A DNA stretch of 63,880 nt, filler included, from Bipalium vagum (Eukaryota), in assembly GCA_037834085.1 (NCBI GenBank). It is 3 parts of 3 records of this genome, joined end to end, with 100 filler letters (N's around TTAATTAATTAA, not from the genome) between each part and the next. Parts side by side here need not be neighbours in the genome. Positions count along the whole stretch, not along the records: positions 48,003 to 63,880 come from JBBMKC010130533.1; 2 more parts are not named here. The stretch is one strand, 5' to 3'. Shown here in pieces: positions 51,001-63,880 of this stretch. The notes under the pieces are model-generated. The model worked only from the letters and a program-made list of their open reading frames with translations, did no database searches and had not been told where the DNA came from. Position 1 is the first letter of the stretch; each line of letters starts with the position of its first letter. The position numbers were made by a program, and so were the translations under genes.

Positions 51001-52028
51001 ACAACTTTCTTACTTCGATTTCGAAATTTTAATGAAACCCAAAAGTAAAATTGATTTTTGAAAAATTTTATCAGTATTTGAATTTTAAAAATTTTCGTAA
51101 AAATCAATTATTTAAACAAATATTAATATTTTAGGATGTTTGTCCATGAAATAAAAGTATTTGAGCTTATTTGATTTAAATGCCACTGAAATGTGTTTGT
51201 TTTAAATTATCAATTAAGTCAAAAATAACAAATATATAAATAAATGTAATATTAAAAATAATGAAATAAATCTTTATGTACAGCTTTTACACAAATAAAT
51301 CTAAAGTTAATACAATTTTATTTACAGGTTAATAAAATCTAATTTAAACAATTTACATTTCAACGGTCATAATTGATTTAAATAAACAACGAAATAATCT
51401 TTGGCTTTTAAATAAATTTCCTTTAAGATTTTCTTTCAAAGTTTAATATATCTGAACCTGAAATTGGTGATCAGTGAAATACCATTTCTCATTTGAGATT
51501 TAGAATGTAATTATTTAATTAAAATTAATTATCTGATGATACTGTCATTGACATGCATAGTTGTCAAAATCTGCTTGAGAATGCCAACCAAATATCATTT
51601 ATATAACATGGTACTTTAATTTGAACTAATCGAAAAGAATTCAACAAATAAAAAAAAGAACGGAATTATTAATTAGAATCGATTTTTAATGTAATAATTC
51701 TCAATATATATATATTACAATTGTTAGGCCGGAGAAAAGGCAATGCCATGACAGCTTAAGAGGAATAAGCAAAATCGCGTGCTGAAATATTAACTTTTTC
51801 AGATGAATTGAATTGCCGCTAATAGATCTGATCCAATTATTACCAACATGGATTCTCATAAAATCCTCTGTCATTTCCTGATGCATGTCCATCACGTCAC
51901 TTAATTATGTGGATCAAATTGTTATTAGTGGATTATTATGTTTCACTTCAATTAACCAATGTTTTTTAATTATAAAAATAATTATTACTATAATATTACT
52001 AATCACATTTATTAATAATTATTATGAT

Positions 52029-52034
<6 letters not shown>

Positions 52035-52109
<75 letters not shown>
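52035..52109. repeat. (TAA)n microsatellite
   Basis: About 25 TAA units. Confidence 0.97.
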
Positions 52110-52111
<2 letters not shown>

Positions 52112-52201
52112 TATCGTTGTAAGGGATCAAACACATTGGAGACTTAAATAACAAATCTTAACAAAATGAGAAATATAAACAATCTTGAAGTTTACTCTTA
52201 C

Positions 52202-55200
52202 CTTCTAGGGCATACACTAATGAGCCGACTTCTCCTTCCTGAATTATCCAACTATTGCTTGTCACGGTTATGGGATACATATTCTCCACAATATCAGAAA
52301 TTTGATTTGCACTAAGATGTCTCATGAAATCGTTTTCCAAGATTCCTCGAACGAGGCATTCGTTTGTTCTGAGATAAAAGATCAAAGTTTTATCTTGTCG
52401 GTGTGCAACAAAGGAGAAAAATATACGGAAAATGTTTTTCACTTATTTTTAAATCAAAACCAATGAGCTAGAAAATTAAAAGAAAAGGAAAAATCAAAAG
52501 TTTATTTGGGTAAAGAAAATAATCACAAAAATCGAAAAAATCATTAAGAAATAAATTGACATTTTTCTGATTTTCCGTTTTTCCTGCTTTTATAATTTTA
52601 TTTATTTATATATTTTATTCATATAAAAATAGATAATGATTACTTCAAAGCTTAGTCTTGTTACTTCTCGAAATGTTTTTCCGAAAATCCTTGAAAACCG
52701 ATTAGAAATTACTCTTATAACCAATTTTCTTTTACTTAGTTCATGTGCTTCATTAAATGAACATATCGTAACTAAGATAAATTAATACAATAATAATACA
52801 AGGATACCGTTACACACCAGTAACGTTTTAGTTTAAACTTTTCGTGATAATTCATTGTGAAACAATTTGATGCACAATTCAGTAACATCTTTATCAATTA
52901 AAACACTGTAAAGGTTTCCGTTATGATATTTTGCTTATTTAAATTTTATTTTTATTATATTTAGGGAAGCGTGAAGCCATATAACCGAGAGTCAGGTGCA
53001 GACTTATTGAGACCCTACAGATTATAAATTTTATGTTTACATTAAACATATTATATATTATGAAAATATTATCAGAATTATCACCAGGCAAACTAAAATA
53101 GGTTCTGTTTAATTTAATTTTGTTTTTATGGTTTCCTTTTATGAACAAAACCCTTTATAACTTGTTGTTCAATTTTCAAATGGGACTTCAAATTTCTAAA
53201 TTGAATGAAGCATAAAAACTGATTTTATCAATATTACCGATTTATTTAAATATAAGGGGAACTAAAAAATCAATTTTAATAACGGTTTTATGTTTTGTGT
53301 AAAATAATTATTCACTATTATTTTTTATATATAATTATTGAATAATAAAAATCACTATAAAACCACAATTCCACTATATCTTGTTTAAATCAGGTCATTT
53401 GAGTCCCTGCAAAATGTGAAAATACAGACATTAACATGGAAACCTCACTATTATGTAGGTCAATACTTGCCCTCATGTAATCAAATTTACTATTTTTTTA
53501 GATCAGCATACAATCAAACGTATCATGCAACTGCTTTACTCTCTTGACGAAATTCCGATTGGACAATTCATATTCCAGAATTTGGAGTCAAAGAGAAAAA
53601 TGAAACAATTCAAATCCGTACACAAATATTCTTTACACACATATGTTCCTAGAACAGGTCTTGGTAGAGCAGATGATAACATAAAGCAGACTCATGAGTT
53701 GAGACACAATCTGAAAACCATTATTTTGTGTCATTGTGAATATTTGAAGGAATATTGGTCCTAAAAGGTGTAATATTTCTAAAATGAATGTGCTTTTAAA
53801 AACATTGTGTCGGTTTTCCTATTTTTATCATAAAAAGTAATTAATATAAACTACTGTGTTATTTTCATTAAAAATTAATTTTTAATATAAAAAAATAAGA
53901 AAAGAGATTTCACAAAACTTTGAAAAACTTAAACCCATAAGAATTGGTCACCGAGATATTTTACATTGCATTCTTGCTAAGAAACCTTCTTATAAAGAAA
54001 ATTAATTGTAGAGTAACAAAAAAATATTTTTGCTTAAATACTTTTTTGTTTTTTGCACTGAAGATGTGTCATTCTTTCGTTTCAACTTTTTTCCGTGGAA
54101 AATTTTCTGAGTTTCAGTGAAACTCACAGTTTTAAAAAATAACTCCACAAGACGAATTCTGTCGGAATTTGATAATATGTAAGAAAATGTTAAAAATAAA
54201 TCATTTAAAATAAGTACACTTATTATTTATGCATTTAAACAAAACAAATTTATATATAAACCAGGATTTTAAAAAATCCTCAAATCAGGTGATTCGATTA
54301 AATATAATGCTTTTAATGATACTTGACAAGATAAAGAAATTACACTTTTATTTAAAAAATTTTACCTTGAACACCCGGTATATCACCAACAATTATTATT
54401 CGTAGAGCTTTAGAAAATATTTGTCAATAAAATTTTATGAATATTTAAAATGTTTTACAAAATGAATTTTTATAATTGATTAAAAATTACATGAGAAAAA
54501 TCCATTCTTTTTTCAATATTTTTTGTGGAAACAATTTTATTTTCCCTGCAATTTTGCTTTGATTTACACAAAATATTTTTGTTTCTTGTTCAGCTGGTCC
54601 GTTATTTGAGAATGTATTAAAATTATAATAGTGATGAGAAAAAGGCATTTTCAATTTTATCTTCAAAAAATACAATTTAATTGCTTCATTAAAAATATGA
54701 AAATTATATTTTAAATGTTCTACAGTTATTTCTGTATTTTTATTTTCATTGTTTTTAATATTTATGATAGGTTTATGAATACCTTTTATTTTATATTGAT
54801 TATTTTGTAATATTTTTATTTTATTATTGATTATTTTTTATTATTTTTATTTTATCATATATTTTTATATGGAAAGAACGATCTCCTTTTTCAATGATTT
54901 ATTGTGAAGACTATTTTTTTTATTTTATAGATTTATTGAAATCTGATCCGGAACAGAAAATCAATAGAAAAAGTAATATTGTTTTTTTTCTGCAATCCCT
55001 CAAAATCCATTACTTCTGCAATAAACATCAATTGTCGAATTAAATTACTTAATTAAAAAAATTATATTTTTATGTGGGATGCTCAACGTGGATTCAAATT
55101 CTAATCAAAGTTTTGACTTATTTTTTTCGTGACTTTTTCTTTCTTTTTATTTATTCTATTGACCTACAGTTTAACTCCACGTTAAAATAATAGGAAAATA

Positions 55201-57107
55201 TTATCAATTTGTATTTTGAGTATTGAGACATTCAACACAAAAGCAAAAGGAATTATTATGAATTGTTTTCAGTCTTAAATTTCCCATATATTGAAATTCT
55301 GGTGTCTTAATTAATTTGTCCATAGAAACAAAATATTAATTAAAAAAAAATTATTTTTTGAAACCTGCGAGATTCATATATCAAATATTCTTTACGTGAC
55401 AACTTCTACTTGAAATGAAAGTTTTCCTACTTCAATTATTTGCTGATTAAAATTACAACATGGAGGGGTTTGTAGAGAGAAGGATAAATATGAAAGTGAC
55501 ACCAAGAAAGACGTGGAGATATCAACTTTTCTACAGATATTTTGGAGTAGATTACTGAAAGTCTGTGAAAATGGTATTATGGGGAATTTATTTCAAATTT
55601 TATTACCATTATGAAGCCTGAGAATAAGTAACTGTAAAATGGGTCTAAACATCATTTCCCTTATCTTGTAAAGATTACTACTGACAATGTAAAAGTAGTA
55701 CACTATTATATGTACACCACAAGGATGGACTTTACCACATTTACCAATATACTCGGGATCATGTATATCTTGTATACAAAGATGTGCTTTGAAAGCCATT
55801 AAGTTTTCATTTTTGTCATGTTCAATGTACCAGGTTTTTTACATAATTCAGTAACCGCTCCTTTCTAAATGCTTTTATTCTATTGCAGATGAAAAACCTT
55901 ATATTTCTTAAGCGCATATATTTAGCAATTATTTATTACGATCCTAAACAGAACATATTGTAAGAATTTTTCCATGGTGATATTTTTTATTTATATTTTT
56001 TATTGACATTTTCCATTAAAGCTTCCAAGAACCTCAAACATGTTATTTACCAGAAACCACTATTTGTATATTTTATCAATATTTTTTCTATTTATTTAAA
56101 ATATTATATTTTGATAGGCAGGCACATGTATTTACTTAAATTAAATTAGTTAACCTTTGATTTGAATTAAATTTAAAATAAAATAAAGTTTCTATGAGAT
56201 TTTACCTTTCAGATAAAATAAAGTGATCCATAACACAAAGGTGTTATGACGAAGGTTCTCTTTTTCATTATATGGACAAAAGATACTAAAAGAACGTTAA
56301 TATTCATTAAGAAAACATTTTTTATAGTGGGTCACGTTTCGTTATTATTTTCAAGTTATTGAGGCTACGAAGAAGATCCAATATCAAAACCAATTATCAA
56401 GAAGGATTTAAAAACGGGGAGCTCCGGTCAAAGTCGATTATTCTAAAAGAAACTCGATAACTTTTATTTTATTTTAATAAATTACCTATTTTAATTAAGT
56501 CGTTTTAAAACACATTTGTCAGATTAATATTTGTCCTTGACATATCTACCAATGTTCAAAAGGTTCTTGCTATGATGATTTTACAGCGAATAGCAAATCT
56601 ATTTACAAATTTAGATAAACCTTGATTTTTTACTGATATACAGATATTGATAAAATAATTTCTGTTGAAGAAAAGGGAATAATGAACTTGAAAATTATTT
56701 TTTCAAAACCATAAGGAGAACACACTTAAAAAGATTGTGCAAGAACCTAATCTTTCTTCGTCTACTGGTCTTATGAACTTTCCGGAGGAACTATTTTTAT
56801 GAAAAGAAAAAAAAGAAATTAAATAATTGTCTTTTATCATTATTAATGTTCACATTTTTGTCATCAATTACTTTTTTAAAAGAAAACAGTCTAACTTTTT
56901 ATCCTTTTTGACATGGTTCACATTTTTTGGAAATTGATCGTAGTTGAATGTGTGACCTCTTGGTTCGGCTGATATACCGATTCCCCGTGCCTCTTTCTTT
57001 TGCATTTTCACTGGAATATTTTTGAAGCACGACAAATCTTTTTCCAATTCACGTATCTGTTCATTTTTTATCTTTATGGTCTCTTCTAATCTCTTTATTT
57101 CTTTGTC
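52202..57107 (-). CDS. PRKG1: cGMP-dependent protein kinase (PKG/PRKG1/egl-4 family), two internal N-terminal exons; partial
   Basis: Exon 57107-56896 encodes the leucine zipper DKEIKRLEETIKIKNEQIRELEKDL and pseudosubstrate ARGIGISAEP. It splices in phase 2 to exon 52368-52202, the start of cGMP-binding domain A (ILENDFMRHL..QISDIVENMYP..WIIQEGEVGSLVYALE), ending at GTAAGA. Start exon and downstream exons not found. Confidence 0.88.
53360..53800 (-). mobile_element. Decayed Tc1/mariner fragment
   Basis: PDLN-like remnant at about 53380-53400 and weak upstream traces. Confidence 0.3.
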
Positions 57108-57479
57108 CTGGACAAAAAGAGCACATTGAATGTTTCAAGTCAGTAAAAATTTAAAAATTATTTTCAAATTAATCTTGGATTAATAATTTCACTAAAGTCA
57201 CAAAGGTGTAATATTTTGTCGAAGCTCTCATCTTCGTTTCTTTATCAATGTTTATTGTTTTAATAAAGTTCTAGACAATAATACCTTTGGTAATCAGACA
57301 GGAATTAAAAAATATAATGCAATTAATAATGTTCGTCTAACTCAAATTATATCGTAATAATGCCCATAGCAATATGAAAAAATTGTGGAAAAAATTTTAA
57401 ACAATTTTACAAATGAAAATTCTCTCGGTTGAACATAAAATATCTCCAATTTTTAAATTTTTGTTTATCCGGTGAAATA

Positions 57480-58702
57480 TTAGATGTATTAGTATGATTC
57501 CGGCTTTTTTTTTAATAAAAAAGACATTTTTAAAAAGTTTTATTTAATGAAATTTCATCAAAATATTTTCCATTTACAAATATGACATTGGACCATCTTT
57601 CTAGACAACGAATGGATTTCACGAAAAAATTCTGGTTCTTTTGAAGAAATCTACCTATCAATCCATTTTTCAAAGTCTTCATCGGAACTGAGCCGCTTCC
57701 CAGAAACCACGGATTGCACCGAGCGGAGCAAATGGAAATCCGAGGGAGCAATATCTGGTGAATATGGCAGGTGATGTAAGACTTACCATTTTTCACCTTC
57801 TAAGTAATTATTTACAATAGAATGAACATGCGGTCTGGCGTTATCATGTAATAAAATTATCTGGTCATGTCTGACGGCCCATTTTGACATTTTCTGTTTC
57901 AGAGCTCAGTTCAAACGAATTAATTGGGATGGAAAATGTTCACCAGTCATCGTTTCTCATGGTTTCAATAGTTCATAATAAATCACACCGTTTTGATCCC
58001 ACCAGATGCACAGCCTCACTTTACCCCATGGATGTACTCGGTTCGCCGGGCTTCACCCAAGATGCTTTGCGTTTTGGGTGGTCATATCGAATCTATATTT
58101 CGTCTCCTGTCACAATCGTATGCAAGAAACTTTTTCTTTGTTGCCTGTGAAGATGAATATCACAAACTGTAAGTCGCCTTTCAATATCTCTTTCCGTCAA
58201 TCTATGTGGGACCCATTTCTCTAATTTTCTAATAATTCTCAGACTTTGTGAAATGCATCCTTGCCTCACATTTAACACAATGGACAGTTCAGTTTGCGTT
58301 TGACATGGGGTCTTCGTGTAGTAATTGTGCCAATTGTTCATCTTCAAAGACTTTTTGTGGTCTACCATGTTCTTTGTCCATGATGTCGTAATCTTCATTA
58401 CTGATTCGGCAAAACCATTCTTTGCATGTCGTAGCGGAAGGAGTAATTTTTTCGTAAACTTCTACCAGCAAAAAAGTAATACAACATTAGTTTTCAGAAA
58501 TGTCGTTTATTTGCAACAAAATTGGACATTTTGAATTTCTGTATTTTTTAAACAATATCTATTTAAATAAAGTTATTGAATGTTTTTATTAAATTATTAA
58601 TATATGATCTTACAAATAATAATTGATACCAATTTAATTAATCATTGAACCACAAAATTTAACTAATTGTTGTAAAAGCCAGAGTCATACTAAAACACTT
58701 AA
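57480..58702 (-). mobile_element. Full-length degenerate mariner transposon
   Basis: TIRs TTAGATGTATTAGTATGATTCCGGCTTT / AAAGCCAGAGTCATACTAAAACACTTAA with TA on both sides; motifs TCKEWF, HGRPQKVFEDEQL, KWVPHRLTERDIERR, FLHTIVTGDE, HDNARPHV, PYSPDIAPSDFHLLR. Confidence 0.93.
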
Positions 58703-59769
58703 TATTTATTTAAAATAAATTATTTAATTTTAACTTTAAAAATTAACGAGATTGTTTAAATCGATGGATTTTAATCATTAAAACAATTCTCTTCACTTAA
58801 GAGTAATATTCAAACAAAGGATTTTCACAGTTTCAGTGATATCAACTCCGAAATGAATGTTTTCTGGTATAATCGATCAAGGTAAAACAAGACACGGTTT
58901 TGAGTGGTAACTTTAAGAAATGCTTGCAGACTTTCTTGTTGATTTCATAGAAATTGTAGATACATTTTCTACTTTTACTACGTCAGACTGCTTCATAAAT
59001 GAAAATGGAGATTTTTCTATGTCATTTATGAAGACAAAAATGTAAAGATATAATCAACAATTTTTCTCAAAATTGATTTCGCTCAAATTTTATTAATAAT
59101 TCTGCAGCTAGAGGAATTAAAAATTAAATTCAAATTAATTTTATTTTTTTTATTTTTTTCCTGCTCGAATTTAATTTCTTTTAATGAATTTTCTCATAAT
59201 CATTTTTCGCAAGATCTTAATTTGTTACCTTGAACACAAATAATCAAAACGTCTTTGACAACATTTTTTAACGTAAATATTTATGCAACAAACAATAAAT
59301 TTCCTATTTCATTCTGTAATTCAAGATTTATCAACGAACCAATTAGTACGGATTTAATTACGTTAGACAGTTTGTATGGTTATATATTTATAATTGTAAA
59401 TTGTTTATAAAAACCAAAACTCTTAATTATGTCTCGTGAATTAATTAAAATAATATTATTATATTAATGACATAACACTTTAAATACACCATGAACCTGA
59501 GACTGAACAAAAATGGTACAACAGATCTTTATAATAATAGTAATATTATAAGCTTCAGAAAATTCGCTCAGATCATTTCAATGTAAAATTCTTCACAGAT
59601 ATTCTCGGAATAAATAATATATTTTCTTAAAATGAATATGTTTTAAGTTTCTTTTTCCTGTACTAATTTTGTAGACGGGATTGCGAAATGCAACTTTTAA
59701 AAAAAGATCATGTTAGGATTATTGAAAAATTATTATTTTACATTATTTAAGGCTTTACTTTCCAAACTA

Positions 59770-59838
<69 letters not shown>
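59770..59838. repeat. (ATT)n microsatellite
   Basis: About 23 ATT units. Confidence 0.97.
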
Positions 59839-60436
59839 TGTACAATACTATAAAAATCACTTATCTATTATATTAAAAGGGAGCATCTGCATATTATGTT
59901 ATCACATGATGGTAGATATATTCCTTGCAAACTTGGTCATTTTTACTTTACTTACTAAAATAATACTAAGTAAATAATGAGAGGTGAACAAAGGAGATTT
60001 TATTTTATTTCAGCTTAGGGTTACTTTCCTCTTTAGCATTAAATAAACATTTCGATTTTAGAATTATACTTTGATCTGAATGGAAAACCATTAATCTTTA
60101 GATATCTTTGACGAATTGGCTTTTATCAAAAATATAATTAATTTTCTGTTTAGCCCTTTCGGATAATCCTTTGATTGTTCATCTCCCTCCATCTGTCTTT
60201 TAAAAGGCAGAAACCTGGTGAAAACTCTTCTCTCATTTATAAAATACCAATTGTTATTATTTTACCATTGAATGCAAAGTTTTTAGGAAAAATGACTCTT
60301 GCTCTTTCCATTGTGTATAGCTCTTGGGAATAGTTTCAATTCATGTTTCTTATTAAACCAGGTTCATATTTGAAATTATTTTAATTTTTGTTTGTTAAAT
60401 TTTCTGTTTTTTAATTTTGGTTATTATTTTTGAGTT

Positions 60437-60810
60437 TATTAGGAAAGTATCAAAAGTTTCCGAGAAATCAAAATTCAATTGAAATTATATTAAAAAATAA
60501 CCACGGAACATAATTTATTATTTTTACAAATAAGAACCGTTGCTATGTACAACATTTTGTCATGTCAGCAAGTTTTTTTGTTTTTTCAATTTACCATTCT
60601 TTAGACTTTGAAACAAAAAACGTCCTGCAAAATTTCTCAACTTCTTCAAGATAAAGTGTTCTATCCTCCTTAAATTTTCAAAATCTGAGGGTCCCAGATT
60701 GAGACTATAAGGAAAATGAGGCAAGAGTTCAATCCAATGAAGTTTACTAAAGTTAATTAATAATAATACTTGCGTAACACATGCCCAGTGACCTGTCGCA
60801 TTGTTATGCT
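60437..60810 (-). mobile_element. Mariner 3' fragment
   Basis: TIR-like TATTAGGAAAGTATCAAAAGTTTCCGAG; LLPHFPYSLNLGPSDF motif. Confidence 0.6.
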
Positions 60811-60817
60811 GATAAAT

Positions 60818-61273
60818 TCAAATGACTGCCTCTGATAGACAACTTTTCGCTCTTTTTATGGCATATTGCATAACATTTTTGTATAAGTCTGTTAAGATTA
60901 TACCGATTCGGGAAAATAATGTTACACAATAGTTTTGTAATTTTTGGTGATTTGCGTAAACCTTATCTTTAAAATATTGCTTTACCATGTTTATTCTATG
61001 TGACGCCGTCTGACTGAAACTAAATATTCTCAACATTAAAATCACTCCTCCACTCACGTGAAAGTCAATTTCATCGGTCATATTGATTTTTTCAAAAATC
61101 ATGATCCTCAACAGAACGGCCCAACAAAAAATTTTAATAACATTTTTTTATTGGTGATCTGGTTTATTAAGCTGCTCTACTAAGCTAATCTGATAGGCTT
61201 TTAAATGCAAATCGTCATGTATTATTCTCAACAAACTGAATTCTGAATAATAAAGCTGCTTTTGGACACCTTG
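60818..61273 (-). mobile_element. Internally deleted rosa/DD41D-like Tc1/mariner fragment
   Basis: KINMTDEIDFHVSGGV and YFKDKVYAN motifs joined by a deletion; end TATACAAGGTGTCCAAA on the minus strand. Confidence 0.6.
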
Positions 61274-62719
61274 TATAATCACTTGGTTTACTTTATGTTA
61301 AGTTAGCATCTTTATATTAAGAAAAATAAATTTAAAAATATTTAGAATGTTAAATATGTCCATGCAGTCAATTCCTTGATTTTAAGGTAACATTGTTAAT
61401 CTTTAATAAGTTTCTTATGCCTCATCACGAACCATTTGGAAAGTTCACAATCAATTGTTTTCATCTTGATAAAATATTAGTTTTTTCAATCTTTTTATTC
61501 TTGGTTGCTTTTGTTTCAATAACTTTCTCATTTTCAAAATTTTATTGATGACAGAAAGAGGCATCTCACATTTAAAACTTATTTGTCTTTGGGTATACAT
61601 TGGATTGATTTGGTGAAAAGAAAATGTGTTGCTTTTCTTCTAACGAATTATATTTTCTATTTTTTGCCATTGAATATTGATTAATTAATATATAATATTC
61701 AAACAAAAAATGTTCGCTATAAAATTTTATCTTATAAATAAAGCGACACATTTTTGCATTGAACTTTTAAAAAAATTGTTCTCCTTCGATATGAGCAAGG
61801 CTTTTTATATTTTTTTATATTTCCTGTTATTGAAATATCCCAATTTTAAAATTTTAGAAAAAATTTTTTTATATAGTACTGTTTCTTAGTTTTTTTTCTA
61901 TACCGATTTGACTGTATTTACCAATTATATCATTTTATTGAATGAAATCCAATTTGAGCCACCATCGTTTCTTTAGCAATAAAATATTTAAAATATTATG
62001 TTTTCTTAGAGTTCTGAGATCAAAATTACACGTGGTAACTTTTAGATTTTAAAAATCAAATGTACAAAAATATATGATATTACATCTAGATTAATGGTCG
62101 TTACTGTGTAGAGTCAAATTTATTAAATTTTCATTTTTATTTTGGCAATCGTTTTAAATGTCAATAAAATCCCCATTTTAATATCTGTTTTATTATCTAT
62201 TATTGAAGAGCTCAAGTTTTATTTTTCCACAATGTCAGTAATATTTATAAAAAAATATTCGCTTATATTTAATATCACGTTGAAAATCCTCGAAAATATT
62301 TATATATTTTCGTCTTATATATATTTATATAATTTATTATATTTAATTCGTCTTAAAATTTTCATTATTGGAAGGTTAAAAAATTGTGGAAAATTCTATG
62401 ATTATGTGATCCAAATATATAAAAATTGATCCCATAACATACAAATTCTATAAAAAATCTTTGAGGATCAAGAAAACAACACTTTACCTTTCTAAAGTTA
62501 ATAATCTATGATGATTCTAAAATAAGCGAGCACTTTTAACACTAAAGATGCACATATGACAGAGTTAAGACATCACAATTTTATCAAATTCAGATTAAAA
62601 AGTTGTTTATATTGATATTTTAATAGTACTCTTTAATATGATTCAATTATAATGAAAAATAATCACTGGGGAAAAGTTTTGAGTCAAGGTTTCATATATC
62701 ACGTTGTTCAATTGGTTTA

Positions 62720-63120
62720 ATATGTATAGGTTGAAATGAAAAATCTATCAAAATCACATATATTAGTCCAATACTTCTTCATTATTTCAATTCCATGTCT
62801 AAAGTGCAGAGATCTCCAAAGTAACTTTCTACAGCTACTATAGCTTCTTCATTTGATATAAAAACTTGGTGAGAAGGAATTAAGGTTTCGGAAGAGATAA
62901 GAATTGCTGGGAGCCAAATCGGAAGAATATGATGAATGTTTAATCAAGTCGTAATTTATTTTGTTCAGCATTGTCTTTGTCAATACTCTTTTGTGAGCTT
63001 GTTCGTAGACTTGTTGAAAAATGAGTTTTGCTTATTCAACCAAGGTCTTCTCATACGAATCTTTTCAACCAATTAATCCATAAGTTAACATAATAATCTA
63101 ATTGAATTTTTCTATATAAT
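62720..63120 (-). mobile_element. Mariner 3' fragment
   Basis: HSSYSSDLAPSNSYLFRNL and FISNEEAIVAVESYF motifs. Confidence 0.7.
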
Positions 63121-63316
63121 CAATCGTTAAAAAAATCTTTCGTATTCCATAATGCCACAAACAGAAACCAGTGATTGTGCAAGTACCATTTTAATCGCAC
63201 TTGTTTGATATTAAATTAGTTCTTTATAAACAGAATTAGATTTAATTATTAGATAGATATTTAATCGATTTTTTAAAAATAATATCGTTGCTAGATACAT
63301 TTTTTAGTATCGAAAT

Positions 63317-63750
63317 ATGGATGTAGATAAGAAACACATCAGACACTGTCTACTGTATGCTTTTGTTCAGATCTCTAGTGAAAGATCTTATCATCTAAGG
63401 ATAAAAGAAATTTATAGGAATAGATTGAGTGAGATTCAATGCAAGGTATCGTGCAATCGATTCAGAAATGGTCATAGAAGACTGGTAAACTTTAATACAA
63501 CTGGGTGATTAGGATCCCAGTGAAACCGCCGCAGAAATGGATGTTAATCTACATTGTAGTGAGCAGATCGTCATCTATCATCTGCACCTTATTTGGAAGT
63601 AAGAAAATCTGGGATATTGATTCTATAATTAATCAAATGACCAGAAGTCTATGATGATTATGATTTCAAATGACAATCAAATAAGACATACCAAAGAACT
63701 ATTTTGGAAGAAAATTGTCACTTTCAAGTAAACGTTGATTCTATATAATG
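63317..63750 (+). mobile_element. Mariner 5' fragment
   Basis: MDVDKKHIRHCLLYAF..RFRNG is a typical mariner N-terminus, decaying downstream. Confidence 0.7.
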
Positions 63751-63880
63751 TTACGATATTAATTCACTAAGAACCCCAGTCGTAACCTTAGCTCGTAACG
63801 TTGCTGACCCCTTCACTTGTTCCTATACGTGTACGCAATAGAATAAATCAAACAACTAAATACAACACTTTATTGCTTAA

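Noticed and set aside
55420-55920. Possible piggyBac transposase remnant
   Set aside because: Only weak hints (LMAFKA, YIGK) and no TTAA-flanked TIRs identified.
60060-60310. Possible first exon of PKG
   Set aside because: The ATG frame stops without a usable donor, and another frame looks like a decayed Tc1 N-terminus.

Overview
Very AT-rich eukaryotic (metazoan) genomic DNA. The short introns, composition and dense mariner/Gypsy content suggest a planarian-like flatworm, which is inference only. Four intron-containing host genes were reconstructed by hand from GT-AG boundaries: complete LCMT1 (minus, 6 exons, 319 aa), HIAT1/MFSD14-type MFS transporter (plus, 4 exons, first exon not located), complete ACTR10/Arp10 (minus, 10 exons, 404 aa), and two N-terminal exons of a cGMP-dependent protein kinase (minus) whose remaining exons were not found. 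Most of the rest is decayed transposons: many Tc1/mariner copies, a TIR- and TSD-bounded Merlin (IS1016-like) element in an LCMT1 intron, hAT fragments, and a Gypsy-type LTR retrotransposon remnant with a very long leader. There are three assembly gaps, two of them 100-nt spacers containing TTAATTAATTAA. I found no convincing novel multi-gene system, CRISPR array or structural RNA gene. The best leads are the interrupted PKG gene with a possible cassette exon, the possibly spliced long-leader Gypsy element, the Merlin element and a non-coding island near 12 kb.
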